The notes: generated from the letters alone by a model not told the origin. DNA of 64,000 bases from Candidatus Scatavimonas merdigallinarum (GCA_018713055.1 DVFW01000042.1:5802-69801), one strand, 5' to 3'; shown: positions 19,880-30,794, numbered from the stretch's first letter. Numbers and translations are program-made.

Positions 19880-20899
19880 ATGAACGTTGGTTGGATACTG
19901 GGAAGTGCGGTAGTTTCGTTTGCGATTGCCGCAATTTTAGGAAAATGGCTTGTACCTTTTTTACAAAAGCTGAAATATGGTCAGACGATTTTAGATATTG
20001 GGCCAAAATGGCATAAAGGAAAGCAGGGTACACCGACCATGGGCGGTTTGATGTTTGTGGCCAGTACCATTGTGACGTCTGTTGCCGGTGTTTTGCTTTG
20101 CAGCGCGTTTGCTTCGGGAGAGGATCCCGTATTTACACAGGTGACGCTTTCTTTTAACAAGGTGTTTGCGGGCCTTGCCATGGCGGCGGCATTTGGCGCA
20201 ATTGGTTTTTTTGACGATTATATTAAGGTGGTAAAGAAGCGGAATTTGGGCCTTACGGCAAAGCAAAAGCTGATTTTGCAGTTTGGCGTTGCGGCTGCGT
20301 ATTTGTTTACGTTGTCTTTAACAGGCGTTACTTCTGAAACACTGCTCCCCTTTGTTGGGCCGGTAGATCTGGGGTGGCTTTACTGGATATTATCTGCGAT
20401 ACTGATTGTGGGCGTTGTGAACGCCGTTAACCTTTCAGACGGGATAGACGGACTGGTGGGTTCTATGACCTTTTTTGCCGCGCTTGCTTTTATGCTGATT
20501 GCTTCTACTTTGGTTTCGCAGGGAATCGGGATTATGTCTGCAGCTCTGGCAGGCGGATGCCTTGGCTTTCTGATCTGGAACTTTCATCCGGCAAAGGTTT
20601 TTATGGGCGATACGGGCTCCTTGTATCTTGGAGGTTTTTTATGCGCGTTGGCATTTGGAATGAATATGCCGGTTATTTTAATTCCCATTGCACTTGTATA
20701 TTTGCTTGAGATGCTTTCAGTCGTTTTGCAGGTTGTATATTTTAAAGCGACAAAAGGAAAAAGGCTGTTTAAAATGAGCCCGATTCATCACCATTTTGAA
20801 ATGTGCGGATGGTCGGAAGTGAAAATTGTAGTTGTGTTCAGCCTGGCAACGGCGCTATGCGGCGTGTTGGCGCTTGCGTTGGTAATGACGGGTTTTTAA
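19880..20899 (+). CDS. mraY: Phospho-N-acetylmuramoyl-pentapeptide transferase
   Basis: ATG at 19880 after GGAGG. Polytopic membrane protein with KxGTPTMGG, NLSDGIDGL and FMGDTGSL motifs. Confidence 0.9.
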   Translation: MNVGWILGSAVVSFAIAAILGKWLVPFLQKLKYGQTILDIGPKWHKGKQGTPTMGGLMFVASTIVTSVAGVLLCSAFASGEDPVFTQVTLSFNKVFAGLAMAAAFGAIGFFDDYIKVVKKRNLGLTAKQKLILQFGVAAAYLFTLSLTGVTSETLLPFVGPVDLGWLYWILSAILIVGVVNAVNLSDGIDGLVGSMTFFAALAFMLIASTLVSQGIGIMSAALAGGCLGFLIWNFHPAKVFMGDTGSLYLGGFLCALAFGMNMPVILIPIALVYLLEMLSVVLQVVYFKATKGKRLFKMSPIHHHFEMCGWSEVKIVVVFSLATALCGVLALALVMTGF

Positions 20900-20946
20900 A
20901 ATGAGGCTGGCGCGCGTTTTATGTATAACTGTATGGTGGTGGAAAG

Positions 20947-22215
20947 ATGGATAGAAAATACCCCTTAAGATATGAGGCGGAGCTTAAACGAAAAGCACAG
21001 GAAGCATATAACAAAAGGCGCAGTTACTATGCTTCTGCAGCGGCGCGCGAAAAAACGGCGGATACAAAACGCCGTGGTATACGGAAAAAACTCAAGCTGT
21101 TTTCAGTACGTGCCGGGTTGGATATGCCTTTTTTGCTTTTAATCCTGATTTTGCTTGTTATTGGAATTATTATGATGTTTTCCGCAAGCTATCCGGTTGC
21201 TTATTTTACCAACGGAGATAGTTACCTGTATTTGAAAAGACAAGTCATTTTTGCAGTGATTGGCGTTGCTGCAATGCTTGCTATTTCTTTTTTTGATTAT
21301 CATCACTTCCATAAACTGGCGGTGTGGGTTTTAGCCCTTGCGTTTTTACTTTTGGTTGTTGTGCTGTTTATTCCGTCTGAAACGGGTGTGCACCGATGGA
21401 TTGACCTGGGCATAGCAAGTTTCCAGGCGTCTGAGCTTATGAAATTTGCGTTGATTTTGTTTTTGGCCCATTGGAGTTCTGTGTATTTTTATAAAATGGA
21501 AACGTTTAAATACGGTGTTTTACCGGCAATTGTAATCCTTGTTCCCACAGTGTTGCTGCTGCTGTTGGAACCGCATTATTCCGGTATTGTTATTGTAACG
21601 CTTTTAACGGCGCTGATGATGTATATATCGGGTGTGAAGGGAAAATGGTTTTTATTTGCAGGCGGCGGCATATTGGTTATTTTCCTTGTTATGTCGGCTA
21701 CCGGACTGCTTTCTTATGCAATGGAGCGCATGGAAGGCTGGGGGCAGGCGCTGGAATATACAACGCCTGAGATGTGGCAGACGACATGGCAGACCAGAAA
21801 TTCCATGTATGCAATTGGCTCCGGCGGGCTTATGGGCCTGGGGTTAGGGCAGTCCAGGCAAAAATATCTGTATCTGCCGGAACCGCAAAACGACTTTATC
21901 TTTGCGATTGTCTGTGAAGAGCTGGGGTTGATCGGCGCAGTGATTATCCTTGCAATTTTTGGACTTCTTGTATGGCGCGGGATTACCATATCGATGCGTG
22001 CAAAGGATAAGTTCGGTACGCTTTTAGGCGTGGGGCTGACCGCACAAATTGGGCTGCAGGTAATTTTGAATATTCTGGTTATTACCGATTTGCTTCCAAA
22101 CACCGGAATCAGCCTGCCGTTTTTCAGCTCAGGCGGAAGTTCGCTTGTTATGTTGTTGGCGCAGATGGGGATTGTGCTTTCGATTTCAAGGACGTCTAAT
22201 ATTAATAAAGCATAA
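20947..22215 (+). CDS. ftsW: SEDS-family peptidoglycan polymerase FtsW/SpoVE
   Basis: 422 aa and polytopic, with LPEPQNDFIFA and PFFSSGGSS motifs. Confidence 0.85.
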   Translation: MDRKYPLRYEAELKRKAQEAYNKRRSYYASAAAREKTADTKRRGIRKKLKLFSVRAGLDMPFLLLILILLVIGIIMMFSASYPVAYFTNGDSYLYLKRQVIFAVIGVAAMLAISFFDYHHFHKLAVWVLALAFLLLVVVLFIPSETGVHRWIDLGIASFQASELMKFALILFLAHWSSVYFYKMETFKYGVLPAIVILVPTVLLLLLEPHYSGIVIVTLLTALMMYISGVKGKWFLFAGGGILVIFLVMSATGLLSYAMERMEGWGQALEYTTPEMWQTTWQTRNSMYAIGSGGLMGLGLGQSRQKYLYLPEPQNDFIFAIVCEELGLIGAVIILAIFGLLVWRGITISMRAKDKFGTLLGVGLTAQIGLQVILNILVITDLLPNTGISLPFFSSGGSSLVMLLAQMGIVLSISRTSNINKA

Positions 22216-22251
22216 GCCTGTGGCGGGTTGTGTGACAAGGGAGGAGCGTCT

Positions 22252-23379
22252 ATGAGAATTTTATTTGCAGGCGGCGGCACGGCGGGCCATATTAACCCTG
22301 CGCTTGCAGTAGCCGGTTATATAAGGAAAAAAGAGCCGGATGTGCAGATTTTGTATGTGGGAGCAAAAGGCGGTATGGAGGAACGCCTGGTGCCGCAGGC
22401 CGGTTTTGCTTTTAAAGGGATTTCTGTGTCCGGGTTTAAGCGGAGCTTTTCTCCAGGAGCCATAAAGGACAATATCATTACAGTAAAAAAGGCGTTGCAG
22501 GCGGGGGCTGTGTCAAAAGGAATTATCCGGGATTTCAGGCCGGATATTTGTATGGGAACGGGCGGCTATGTGAGCGGTCCGGTGATTCGGGCGGCAGCAA
22601 AGCTTTCTGTCCCGACGGTGATTCATGAGCAGAACGCTTTTCCGGGCGTTACTACAAAAATGTTGTCCAGATATGCAAAGCGCGTAATGCTTGCAATGCC
22701 GGAGGCAAAACGCTATTTAAGCAGCGGATGCCACTGCGTTACGACGGGCAACCCCGTAAGGCAGGAGATTTTAACAGCAGACAAAACGGCGTGCAGAAAG
22801 AAGCTGGGGCTGGATAGCCGCCCTGTGATTTTGTCGTTTGGTGGAAGCCTGGGCGCCAGGAAGATCAACGAGAGCGTTGCAGGAATGATAGCGCGCAGTG
22901 CCAGGGACGGAAGATACCAAATTATACACGCTTACGGCCAATATGGGAAATGGTTTCCCGATCTTTTGCGAAAGATGGGGGCGGACCCGGATGGTTGTGA
23001 AAATTTAGATATAAGAGAATATATTGACGATATGCCTGTGTGCCTTGCGGCGGCAGACCTTGTTATATGCAGGGCGGGGGCAATTACGTTAAGCGAGCTG
23101 CAGGCGCAGGGAAAACCCGCTATTTTGATTCCTTCGCCCAATGTAGCGGAAAACCACCAGTATCACAACGCTATGGCGATGGCTGACCGGAAGGCGGCCC
23201 GCGTTTTAAAAGAAGAGGCATTGACCCGGGAATCGGTTATGCAGGCGGTGGACGATATGGTAAGCGATCCGGAAAAGCTAAAAAAGTATAGTGAAAACGC
23301 CAGAAGGCTTGCAATTACAGATGCAAACGAAAGGATTTATTCGGTTATTAAAAAAGTGCTTGGCACAGCAACAGTTTAA
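22252..23379 (+). CDS. murG: UDP-GlcNAc:lipid I GlcNAc transferase MurG
   Basis: ATG at 22252 after GGGAGGAG. MRILFAGGGTAGHINPALA and a C-terminal glycosyltransferase fold. Confidence 0.9.
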   Translation: MRILFAGGGTAGHINPALAVAGYIRKKEPDVQILYVGAKGGMEERLVPQAGFAFKGISVSGFKRSFSPGAIKDNIITVKKALQAGAVSKGIIRDFRPDICMGTGGYVSGPVIRAAAKLSVPTVIHEQNAFPGVTTKMLSRYAKRVMLAMPEAKRYLSSGCHCVTTGNPVRQEILTADKTACRKKLGLDSRPVILSFGGSLGARKINESVAGMIARSARDGRYQIIHAYGQYGKWFPDLLRKMGADPDGCENLDIREYIDDMPVCLAAADLVICRAGAITLSELQAQGKPAILIPSPNVAENHQYHNAMAMADRKAARVLKEEALTRESVMQAVDDMVSDPEKLKKYSENARRLAITDANERIYSVIKKVLGTATV

Positions 23380-23509
23380 CCGTTGAGATGCGCCGGCTGT
23401 ATGGAAACGTTTTGGCTTTTGTACCTGTGTAACAACAGACAGCCTTAAAACATAAGATATCAAGGGTTGATTTTCAGCTCTAAAGCTTTTGTTGGAAAGG
23501 GTGTTCTGT

Positions 23510-24763
23510 GTGTCGAAGCTTATGATAGAGGGATGCAACAGACTAAACGGCAGTATTTCTGTACAGGGGGCTAAAAACAGTGCGCTCCCTGTTCTGGCGG
23601 CAACACTGTTATCAGGTGACCGCTGTGTGTTACATAACTGCCCGCACCTTTCCGATGTGGAGACTTCTATCAAAATTTTACGTTATCTGGGCTGCAACGT
23701 CAGCCGCAGCGGCAGCACCCTAACTGTGGATACACACAATATGTACCGGTATGATATACCGGATGAGCTAATGCGGGAGATGCGATCTTCTATTGTCTTT
23801 TTAGGTGCGATTATTGCCACCATGGGAAGGGCAAGGCTGTCTTTTCCGGGCGGATGTGAGCTGGGACCGCGCCCGATTGATTTGCACTTAAAGGCGTTGC
23901 GCCTGATGGGGCTGGAAATCACGGAGCATCATGGGATTTTAGATTGCAGCGTTCCCAACGGCTTACACGGTGCAAAGGTTACGTTGTCTTTTCCAAGTGT
24001 GGGTGCTACTGAAAATATTATGCTTTCGGCTGTGCTTGCCAAGGGAACGACGATCATTACAAACGCGGCAAGAGAACCGGAAATCTGCGACCTTGCGGAC
24101 TTTTTAAACGGCTGCGGTGCAAAGATTTCCGGCGCCGGCGAAGGGACCATTTTTATTGACGGTGTAGAACGGCTTACAGGAACGCAGCATACGATTATTC
24201 CGGACAGAATTGTAACCGCAACTTATATGGCTGCAGCGGCTGTGACCGGCGGCAGTCTGGAACTGAAACATGTTGTTCCCGCGCATCTGGGTTCTATTAT
24301 TTCCGTTTTTGAAGAAGCTGGTTGTACGATCCGGATCAGCGGAAATACACTGCATATTTTTGCACCGCAGCGGCTTAAGGCGGTAAAGTTTATAAGGACG
24401 ATGCCGTATCCCGGTTTTCCTACAGATGCGCAGGCGCCTATTATGGCGATGACGGCTCTTGCAAATGGAACAAGCGTGTTTGTGGAAAATATTTTTGAAA
24501 GCCGTTATAAGCATGTGGGGGAACTGTTGCGTCTTGGTGCAAATATCAAGGTGGAAGGCAGAGTTGCTGTTGTAGAGGGCGTAAAACATTTTTACGGCGC
24601 TTCTGTGGAGGCGCTTGACCTGCGCGGCAGTGCCGCATTGGTGGTAGCAGCGCTTGCGGCGGAGGGCGTAACTGAGCTTAAGGGCGTAAATTTTCTGGAA
24701 CGCGGTTATGAAGATATAGAGCTTTATTTATCCAATGTGGGAGCAACGGTTAAAAAGGTGTAA
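23510..24763 (+). CDS. murA: UDP-N-acetylglucosamine 1-carboxyvinyltransferase
   Basis: SKLMIEGCNRLNGSISVQGAKNSALP N-terminus. The start could be GTG 23510 or ATG 23522. It occupies the slot usually held by murB/murC. Confidence 0.85.
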   Translation: MSKLMIEGCNRLNGSISVQGAKNSALPVLAATLLSGDRCVLHNCPHLSDVETSIKILRYLGCNVSRSGSTLTVDTHNMYRYDIPDELMREMRSSIVFLGAIIATMGRARLSFPGGCELGPRPIDLHLKALRLMGLEITEHHGILDCSVPNGLHGAKVTLSFPSVGATENIMLSAVLAKGTTIITNAAREPEICDLADFLNGCGAKISGAGEGTIFIDGVERLTGTQHTIIPDRIVTATYMAAAAVTGGSLELKHVVPAHLGSIISVFEEAGCTIRISGNTLHIFAPQRLKAVKFIRTMPYPGFPTDAQAPIMAMTALANGTSVFVENIFESRYKHVGELLRLGANIKVEGRVAVVEGVKHFYGASVEALDLRGSAALVVAALAAEGVTELKGVNFLERGYEDIELYLSNVGATVKKV

Positions 24764-24818
24764 AACAGAGAACAACCGGAGAAAGATATGGACTTCAATC
24801 TGTAAGGATGTAGAAAAG

Positions 24819-26252
24819 ATGGAAAACAAGAACAAAGGCAGCAATCAAAATCAGCAAAGCAAGCGGGCGCCCGCACAGGGGCCAGGTATGCAAAATAGCA
24901 GCCGGAAGCTGCGCAGCACAAGAAAACCGGCAGGCGAAAGAAGGACCGCGGCGGCTCCGGGCAATAAACGGGCTGCCACGGAAAAAAGCGCTGGGCGGCC
25001 TTTTTCTGGGGAAAAAGAGAAAAAACAACAGACAAAGCGCAGCTCCGCTGCGAAAACGGTACAAAAGGCTGCGGGGAAATCAACGCGCATGCCTCAAAAC
25101 GGGGGTAAGAAGGGAAATAACGCGGCAAGAAGAAGCAGAAGCGGCGCGGTAAGAAAGGCGTACACAGAGGAGCCGATTATCCGGCGGGATGATTACGGCG
25201 ACGGCTTTTACACGGATGAAGTCGCCATGAAGCGAAATGCCGCTATGCAGGCCGAGGAAGAGGCAAGGATCCAGGAGGAACTCAGCAGAGAGCCGTTTTC
25301 CAGAAAAACCAGAAAGGCTATTAACATTGCCGTTTGCGGCGCAATTCTGCTGGTTATACTGATCACAGGCATTGTGCTTTCATTGACGGTGTTTTTTAAA
25401 TCAGAGCAAATTGAGGTGGAAGGTTCTGCACATTACAGCAATCAGGAGATTATTGATGCAAGCGGTCTGACGCTGGGGGAAAATTTGTTTTTAAGCGATA
25501 AAAAAACAGGGGAAGAGAAGATTAAGCAGGCGCTCCCATATGTGGAAGAGGCGAAAATTGATATACGAATCCCCGATACGATGGTCATACATATCACAGA
25601 AGCGCAGCCGGCGTATGTGATTGCACAAGGGAAAGAATTTGTGGTCATTTCCTCTGAGGGAAGGGTGCTGGAGCGAATCAGTAAAAATACATATGACGCA
25701 CCGGTCATCAAAGGCTGCACGCTGGAAAAGGCCGAGGTGGGGAACGCGGCTCAGGTAAAGAATAAGAATATTATGCCGATCTTAAACGAAGTTACCGAGG
25801 TCTTGCAAAAAAATGAATTTAACGGTATACGGGAAATTGATGTTTCAAGCACAGCCAATATTACGTTGAATTATGCAGACAGAATTCAGATTGTTCTGGG
25901 AATGCCGGAGGATATTGATTATAAAATCCGTACGGCGCAGACGATTATTAACCAGAAGCTTGCCCAGACAGATATGGGCGTTTTAGATGTCTCCGCCTGC
26001 AATGGAAGTAAAAAGGCGTCTTATTACAATCCGGACAATACGTTGTATGCCACCGAGCCCGCTACTGAGCCCGCAACCGCTGCTACCGAGCCTGTAACAG
26101 ATTATACCTGGCAGGACAGCGGTGATGGATATACCGACAGCTATTCCGCAGAGGGATATGACTATGACGACGGCTATTCCGACGAGGGGTATTACTATGA
26201 CGACGGGTACACCGACGGAACAGACGGGTATAACGCCGGGGTATATGCCTGA
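24819..26252 (+). CDS. ftsQ: FtsQ/DivIB-type division protein with long basic N-terminal and acidic Tyr-rich C-terminal tails
   Basis: ATG at 24819, just after the murA stop. It has a TM helix (INIAVCGAILLVILITGIVLSLTVFF) and a POTRA-like region (EQIEVEGSAHYSNQEIIDASGL). It lies before ftsZ. Confidence 0.7.
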   Translation: MENKNKGSNQNQQSKRAPAQGPGMQNSSRKLRSTRKPAGERRTAAAPGNKRAATEKSAGRPFSGEKEKKQQTKRSSAAKTVQKAAGKSTRMPQNGGKKGNNAARRSRSGAVRKAYTEEPIIRRDDYGDGFYTDEVAMKRNAAMQAEEEARIQEELSREPFSRKTRKAINIAVCGAILLVILITGIVLSLTVFFKSEQIEVEGSAHYSNQEIIDASGLTLGENLFLSDKKTGEEKIKQALPYVEEAKIDIRIPDTMVIHITEAQPAYVIAQGKEFVVISSEGRVLERISKNTYDAPVIKGCTLEKAEVGNAAQVKNKNIMPILNEVTEVLQKNEFNGIREIDVSSTANITLNYADRIQIVLGMPEDIDYKIRTAQTIINQKLAQTDMGVLDVSACNGSKKASYYNPDNTLYATEPATEPATAATEPVTDYTWQDSGDGYTDSYSAEGYDYDDGYSDEGYYYDDGYTDGTDGYNAGVYA

Positions 26253-26454
26253 TCTTTCCACGGTACCTGGGTAAAAGGCGTTGAAATCGAGAATATTTGC
26301 TGAATTTTTAAATTTTTCTGCAAGAACTTATTGAAATTTTTCAGCGCTTGTGATACATTATTAAATAGGCGTATAGTCGATTGGATTATAGATTGAAAAC
26401 ATCAGGCTTTTTTAATTGGATAAGCAATCAGATGTTGATTAGGAGGAAGTTCAA

Positions 26455-27606
26455 ATGGCATTCGAGCTTGAAAAAGAGTACAGCAACAACATCCCTGTTA
26501 TTAAGGTCATTGGCGTAGGCGGCGGCGGCGGAAACGCTGTAAACCGCATGGTAAAAATGGGTGTGCGCTGTGTTGAATTTATTGCAATTAATACCGACGA
26601 CCATGTTTTGCAGTTTTCCAACGCTTCACAGAAGCTTCAGATAGGCGAAAAAATTACGCATGGAAAAGGCGCTGGATCCAAGCCGGAGGTTGGCAGAGAG
26701 GCGGCGGAAGAAAACCGCGAGGAAATCACCGCTGTGCTGCAGGGGACGGACATGGTCTTTATTACTGCCGGTATGGGCGGCGGAACCGGCACGGGCGCCG
26801 CACCAATTGTTGCGGAAATTGCAAAAGATATGGGTGTGTTGACAGTTGCCATTGTAACAAAGCCTTTTGCATTTGAGGGTAAAAAGCGTATGGAGCAGGC
26901 GGAAGCCGGTATTGCGGCTTTAAGGGAGCATGTGGATTCGCTGATTGTTGTACCGAACGAAAGGTTGAAATATGCAAGCGAACAGCGCATTACATTAAAA
27001 AATGCGTTTGATCTGGCGGACGATGTGCTGCGTCAGGGCGTACAAAGTATTTCGGACCTGATCTTAATTCCCGGTTTGGTCAACCTGGACTTTGCGGATG
27101 TAACCGCTATCATGAACAACGCGGGTTATGCGCACATGGGAATTGGCTATGCACAGGGGAAGGACAAGGCCGAAGAAGCTGCAAGAATGGCGATTACAAG
27201 CCCGCTGCTTGAAACCTCGATTGACGGCGCCAAGGGTGTGATTGTCAATATTACGGCTTCTGCGGATATTGGGCTGGATGAAATTGATACGGCTTCCGCC
27301 ATGATCACAGACCAGGCCGACCCGGAAGCAAATATTATCTGGGGTGCTGTTTTGGATGAAAATATGGAAGACGAAATGAGCGTTACAGTGATTGCCACAG
27401 GCTTTGCGTCGTTTGACGGCGGAAAGAAGGATAATGCGTCTGCGTCCAGAATGTCGATGACCTCTTCACGGACGGAAATGCTCAGAAACCAGGCGGCCTC
27501 TGTTGCAGCGGCAAAGGATGTGGCGGCAAGAAAAACGGGCAATGTGGATGTAGCCGACGACGACGATACGTTCTATGACATTATGTCTATTTTTAACCGT
27601 AAATAA
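26455..27606 (+). CDS. ftsZ: Cell division GTPase FtsZ
   Basis: 383 aa with [13 protein letters not shown] and [14 protein letters not shown] tubulin signature motifs. AGGAGG RBS upstream. Confidence 0.95.
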   Translation: MAFELEKEYSNNIPVIKVIGVGGGGGNAVNRMVKMGVRCVEFIAINTDDHVLQFSNASQKLQIGEKITHGKGAGSKPEVGREAAEENREEITAVLQGTDMVFITAGMGGGTGTGAAPIVAEIAKDMGVLTVAIVTKPFAFEGKKRMEQAEAGIAALREHVDSLIVVPNERLKYASEQRITLKNAFDLADDVLRQGVQSISDLILIPGLVNLDFADVTAIMNNAGYAHMGIGYAQGKDKAEEAARMAITSPLLETSIDGAKGVIVNITASADIGLDEIDTASAMITDQADPEANIIWGAVLDENMEDEMSVTVIATGFASFDGGKKDNASASRMSMTSSRTEMLRNQAASVAAAKDVAARKTGNVDVADDDDTFYDIMSIFNRK

Positions 27607-27630
27607 TAAAGTGTAAAATGAAAAAAAAGA

Positions 27631-27666
27631 GCAGGAGAACAGCGGCGACTTGTTTTCCTGCTTTTT
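27631..27666 (+). terminator. Rho-independent terminator after ftsZ
   Basis: GCAGGAGAACA...TGTTTTCCTGC forms an 11-bp stem (one G:U pair) followed by TTTTT. Confidence 0.7.
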
Positions 27667-27695
27667 GTATGTGCAAACGGAAAGAGGGTTTTTGT

Positions 27696-28514
27696 GTGCA
27701 GATAGATACAATTGATAAGGGAAAAGCTTTTGATTTTGGAAACACAGCGCGGGAGTACGGAAAATACAGGGATATTTACCCGCAAAGTATGTATAATAAG
27801 CTTTATGCCTTTGGGATTGGCAGGTTGGGGCAAAAAATACTGGACCTGGGCAGCGGCACGGCTGTGCTGCCACGCAATATGTATGCTGCAGGTGCGAGCT
27901 TTACCGCGACAGACCCTTCCCGGGAGCAGCTGGCTGCAGGCAAAAGGCTTGCAGAAAGGGCCGGCATGGATGCAATTGCGTTTCAAGTGTGCGCCGCGGA
28001 GGATACCGGTTTTGCAGACAGACAGTTTGACGCGGTAACCGCCGCGCAATGCTTTTGGTATTTTGACGTAAAGCGCGCAGTGCCGGAAATTGCGCGTGTT
28101 TTGCGGCCCGGCGGGGCGTTTTGTAAAATTTCCATGGAATGGCTGCCGTTCGAAGATGCCGTTGTAAAGGAAATGGAAGCGCTTGTACTGCAGTATAATC
28201 CGGACTGGACAGGAGGCGGGTTTTGCCCGGGCGTCTATTCGTTTCCAGCGTGGGCGAAACCGTATTTTACATTGGAGACTGTCCATGTATATAAAGAGAA
28301 AATTGTCTTTGCTAAAGACGCATGGCGCGGCAGAATCCGGACCTGCAGGGGGGTGGGCGCAAGCCTGCCGGAAGAAAGGGTGCGGGCGTTTGACCGTGCG
28401 TACAAGGCACTTTTGTCAAAATACCCCGGTAACACGGTTGCGATCCGGCATCAGATTCAGATAGAAGTTTACAGGCGCATGGAAGAGCCCGCCAACCGGA
28501 CCGCGCCGCAATAA
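27696..28514 (+). CDS. Class I SAM-dependent methyltransferase
   Basis: GTG at 27696, 7 nt after AAAGAGGG and downstream of the ftsZ terminator. Motif I is ILDLGSGTA. The ORF-track start at 27618 would run through the terminator. Confidence 0.7.
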   Translation: MQIDTIDKGKAFDFGNTAREYGKYRDIYPQSMYNKLYAFGIGRLGQKILDLGSGTAVLPRNMYAAGASFTATDPSREQLAAGKRLAERAGMDAIAFQVCAAEDTGFADRQFDAVTAAQCFWYFDVKRAVPEIARVLRPGGAFCKISMEWLPFEDAVVKEMEALVLQYNPDWTGGGFCPGVYSFPAWAKPYFTLETVHVYKEKIVFAKDAWRGRIRTCRGVGASLPEERVRAFDRAYKALLSKYPGNTVAIRHQIQIEVYRRMEEPANRTAPQ

Positions 28515-28545
28515 AAAAAGCCCGCCGGGGTGCTCCCGGGCGGGC
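28513..28545 (-). terminator. Rho-independent terminator of cysK (shared convergent gap)
   Basis: GC-rich hairpin GCCCGCCGGGG-TGCT-CCCGGGCGGGC. The A7 run on the plus strand becomes a U-run for the minus-strand transcript. Confidence 0.7.
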
Positions 28546-28565
28546 CTGGTCTGTAAAAATAAAAA

Positions 28566-29492
28566 TCAGGTGAAAAGCGGCGTGCTGAAATAACGCTCGG
28601 CAGTGTCTGGCAGCACGGTGATAACGGTTTTGCCGGGTCCAAGCTTTTTTGCCATTTTTAAGGCGGCTGCTACGTTTGTGCCGGAGGAAATCCCGCACAT
28701 AAGCCCTTCCAGGCGCGCAAGATCTTTGGCGGTTTGTATGGCTTCTTCGTCACTTACAATGTAGATATCGTCATAAATCTGTGTGTTCAGGTTGCGGGGA
28801 ATCAGGCCGTCACCTATCCCCATCTGCAAATGGGCGCCTATGGTGCCGCCTGCCAGAATCGCCGCGTTTTCCGGCTCGACCGCCCAGATGAGAATATCAG
28901 GATATTGCGCCTTGAGCACCTCGCCTATACCGGTAATGGTGCCGCCTGTTCCTATACCGGAGCAAAAGCCGTCGATTGGCTGCGCAACCTGCTCCATAAT
29001 CTCCAGAGCGGTGTGGCGCTTATGTACAAGCGGGTTTGCGGGGTTTTCAAACTGCTGCGGAACGTAAACGCGCGGGTCTTCTTTTACCATTTGCAGCGCC
29101 GTTTGCAGGCAGGTTTCTATACATTTGCCAATGTTGCCGTCGTCATGAATTAAAATGACCTTTGCGCCGTAATGCTCAACCAGCTTTCTGCGCTCGTAGC
29201 TGACCGAGTCCGGCATAATGATCACCGTTTGGTAACCGCGTACCGCGCCCACAAGCGCCAGGCCAATGCCCTGGTTGCCGCTGGTGGGCTCTACTATGAT
29301 GGTATCTTTATGGATAAGCCCGTCTTTTTCGGCCTGCAGGATCATGTTATAGGCGGTTCTGGTTTTAATCGACCCACCTACGTTGAGCCCTTCGTATTTT
29401 ACAAGCACCTGCGCGCCGTTTTTGTCGGCCATCCTGTTTAAGCGTATGACCGGCGTATGGCCAATTGCTTCGAGCACGTTGTCATAAATCAT
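28566..29492 (-). CDS. cysK: Cysteine synthase A (O-acetylserine sulfhydrylase)
   Basis: 308 aa with the PLP lysine context NVGGSIKTRTA, plus TSGNQG and GTGGTITG motifs. Confidence 0.9.
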   Translation of the reverse strand: MIYDNVLEAIGHTPVIRLNRMADKNGAQVLVKYEGLNVGGSIKTRTAYNMILQAEKDGLIHKDTIIVEPTSGNQGIGLALVGAVRGYQTVIIMPDSVSYERRKLVEHYGAKVILIHDDGNIGKCIETCLQTALQMVKEDPRVYVPQQFENPANPLVHKRHTALEIMEQVAQPIDGFCSGIGTGGTITGIGEVLKAQYPDILIWAVEPENAAILAGGTIGAHLQMGIGDGLIPRNLNTQIYDDIYIVSDEEAIQTAKDLARLEGLMCGISSGTNVAAALKMAKKLGPGKTVITVLPDTAERYFSTPLFT

Positions 29493-29658
29493 AATGCCGC
29501 CCCTTTTCCATATGTAGATTCACACGAAAGAAATTATACACCGAAATTGCCGTTTGTGCAATTGCAAAGCAGAGAATAAAACCGGTTGCGTTGTTGTTTG
29601 CCCGCAATTGTGGTATAATAACTACAATATGCAATTATATGAAAGGACGGAAAAAAAC

Positions 29659-30507
29659 ATGCTGCATATTGGTTCGCATTTGTCGGCCGCCAAAGGGTTT
29701 ACCCATATGGCGCAGGAGGCGGTGTCCATAGGCGCCAACACGTTCCAGTTTTTTACGCGCAACCCCAGAGGGTTTGCTGCAAAGGAGATAGACCCGGAAG
29801 ATATTGCGCAGTTTCACGCATATATAGCAGATAAAGGCTTCGCGCCAATTTTGGCGCACGCGCCGTATACGCTCAATGCCTGCTCTGCAGACGCCCGCAC
29901 CAGAGAGCTGGCGCAGATGATTATGGAAGACGACCTTAAGCGGATGGAGTATGTGCCGCATAATTATTATAATTTTCATCCGGGCAGCCATGTAAAGCAG
30001 GGGGCGGAAGCGGGCATTGAGATGATTGCGGCGCTTTTAAACAGAATTTTAAAGCCGGAGCAGACCACAACCGTGCTGCTGGAAACCATGGCGGGCAAGG
30101 GCAGCGAGGTGGGACGCAGTTTTGAAGAGCTGCGCGCAATTTTAGACCGCGTGCAGCTAAAAGAGAAAATGGGTGTGTGCCTGGATACCTGCCATGTAAA
30201 CGACGCGGGGTATGACATTGTGCATAACTTGGACGGCGTTTTGGAGGAGTTTGACCGGGTGATCGGCCTGGAGCGGCTGTACGCCGTCCATCTAAACGAC
30301 AGCAAAACCCCCGGCGGCAGCCATAAAGACAGGCATGAAACCATTGGCAACGGCTATTTGGGGCTGGAGGCCATTGCCCGGGTGATCAACCACCCCAGGC
30401 TTCGGCATTTGCCGTTTTATCTGGAAACGCCGAACGACCTTGCGGGTTATGCGCAGGAGATCCGGCTTTTGCGGGGCCTGTATCAGGAAGACGGCGCACC
30501 GGCATAG
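29659..30507 (+). CDS. nfo: Endonuclease IV
   Basis: Internal ATG at 29659 (MLHIGSHLS...). TIM-barrel AP endonuclease motifs are present ([27 protein letters not shown]). Confidence 0.9.
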   Translation: MLHIGSHLSAAKGFTHMAQEAVSIGANTFQFFTRNPRGFAAKEIDPEDIAQFHAYIADKGFAPILAHAPYTLNACSADARTRELAQMIMEDDLKRMEYVPHNYYNFHPGSHVKQGAEAGIEMIAALLNRILKPEQTTTVLLETMAGKGSEVGRSFEELRAILDRVQLKEKMGVCLDTCHVNDAGYDIVHNLDGVLEEFDRVIGLERLYAVHLNDSKTPGGSHKDRHETIGNGYLGLEAIARVINHPRLRHLPFYLETPNDLAGYAQEIRLLRGLYQEDGAPA

Positions 30508-30534
30508 CGGGCCGCGCGCCGTTTACAGGCGGGC

Positions 30535-30719
30535 TTATTCTTTTTTATACCTTTGCTGTAAAATTTTCAGCTGTGTCTCCAGCATGCTGGTGGCAACATT
30601 GTTAAAACTGGAATCGGTCATGCTTGCAATTTCTTCAATACCGGCAATATAAATGGATTTACTGCTGCATTTTTTCTTTGCCGGATCCCCAGTTCATCAA
30701 AATCAAACGCAAAGCTCAT
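30535..30719 (-). pseudogene. Frameshifted paralogue of the small RHH-like gene at 30870-31055
   Basis: Hand translation: from the ATG at 30719 the frame reads MSFAFDFDELGIRQRK and stops early. The -1 frame continues KKCSSKSIYIAGIEEIASMTDSSFNNVATSMLETQLKILQQRYKKE*, which aligns with the paralogue. The switch point is the T6/A6 run at 30670-30675. Confidence 0.4.
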
Positions 30720-30794
30720 AAGGCCGTGTCTTCCCTTCAAATTTGTTTTTACGTTTTTCTTTATACAAGTTGTTTTTAACCCAACGGTTTTTTC

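Noticed and set aside
27573-28286. 237-aa minus-strand ORF overlapping the ftsZ terminator and the methyltransferase gene
   Set aside because: It is antisense to a plus-strand ORF that has a clear SAM-binding motif. It also spans a terminator hairpin and has an Arg/Cys-rich composition.
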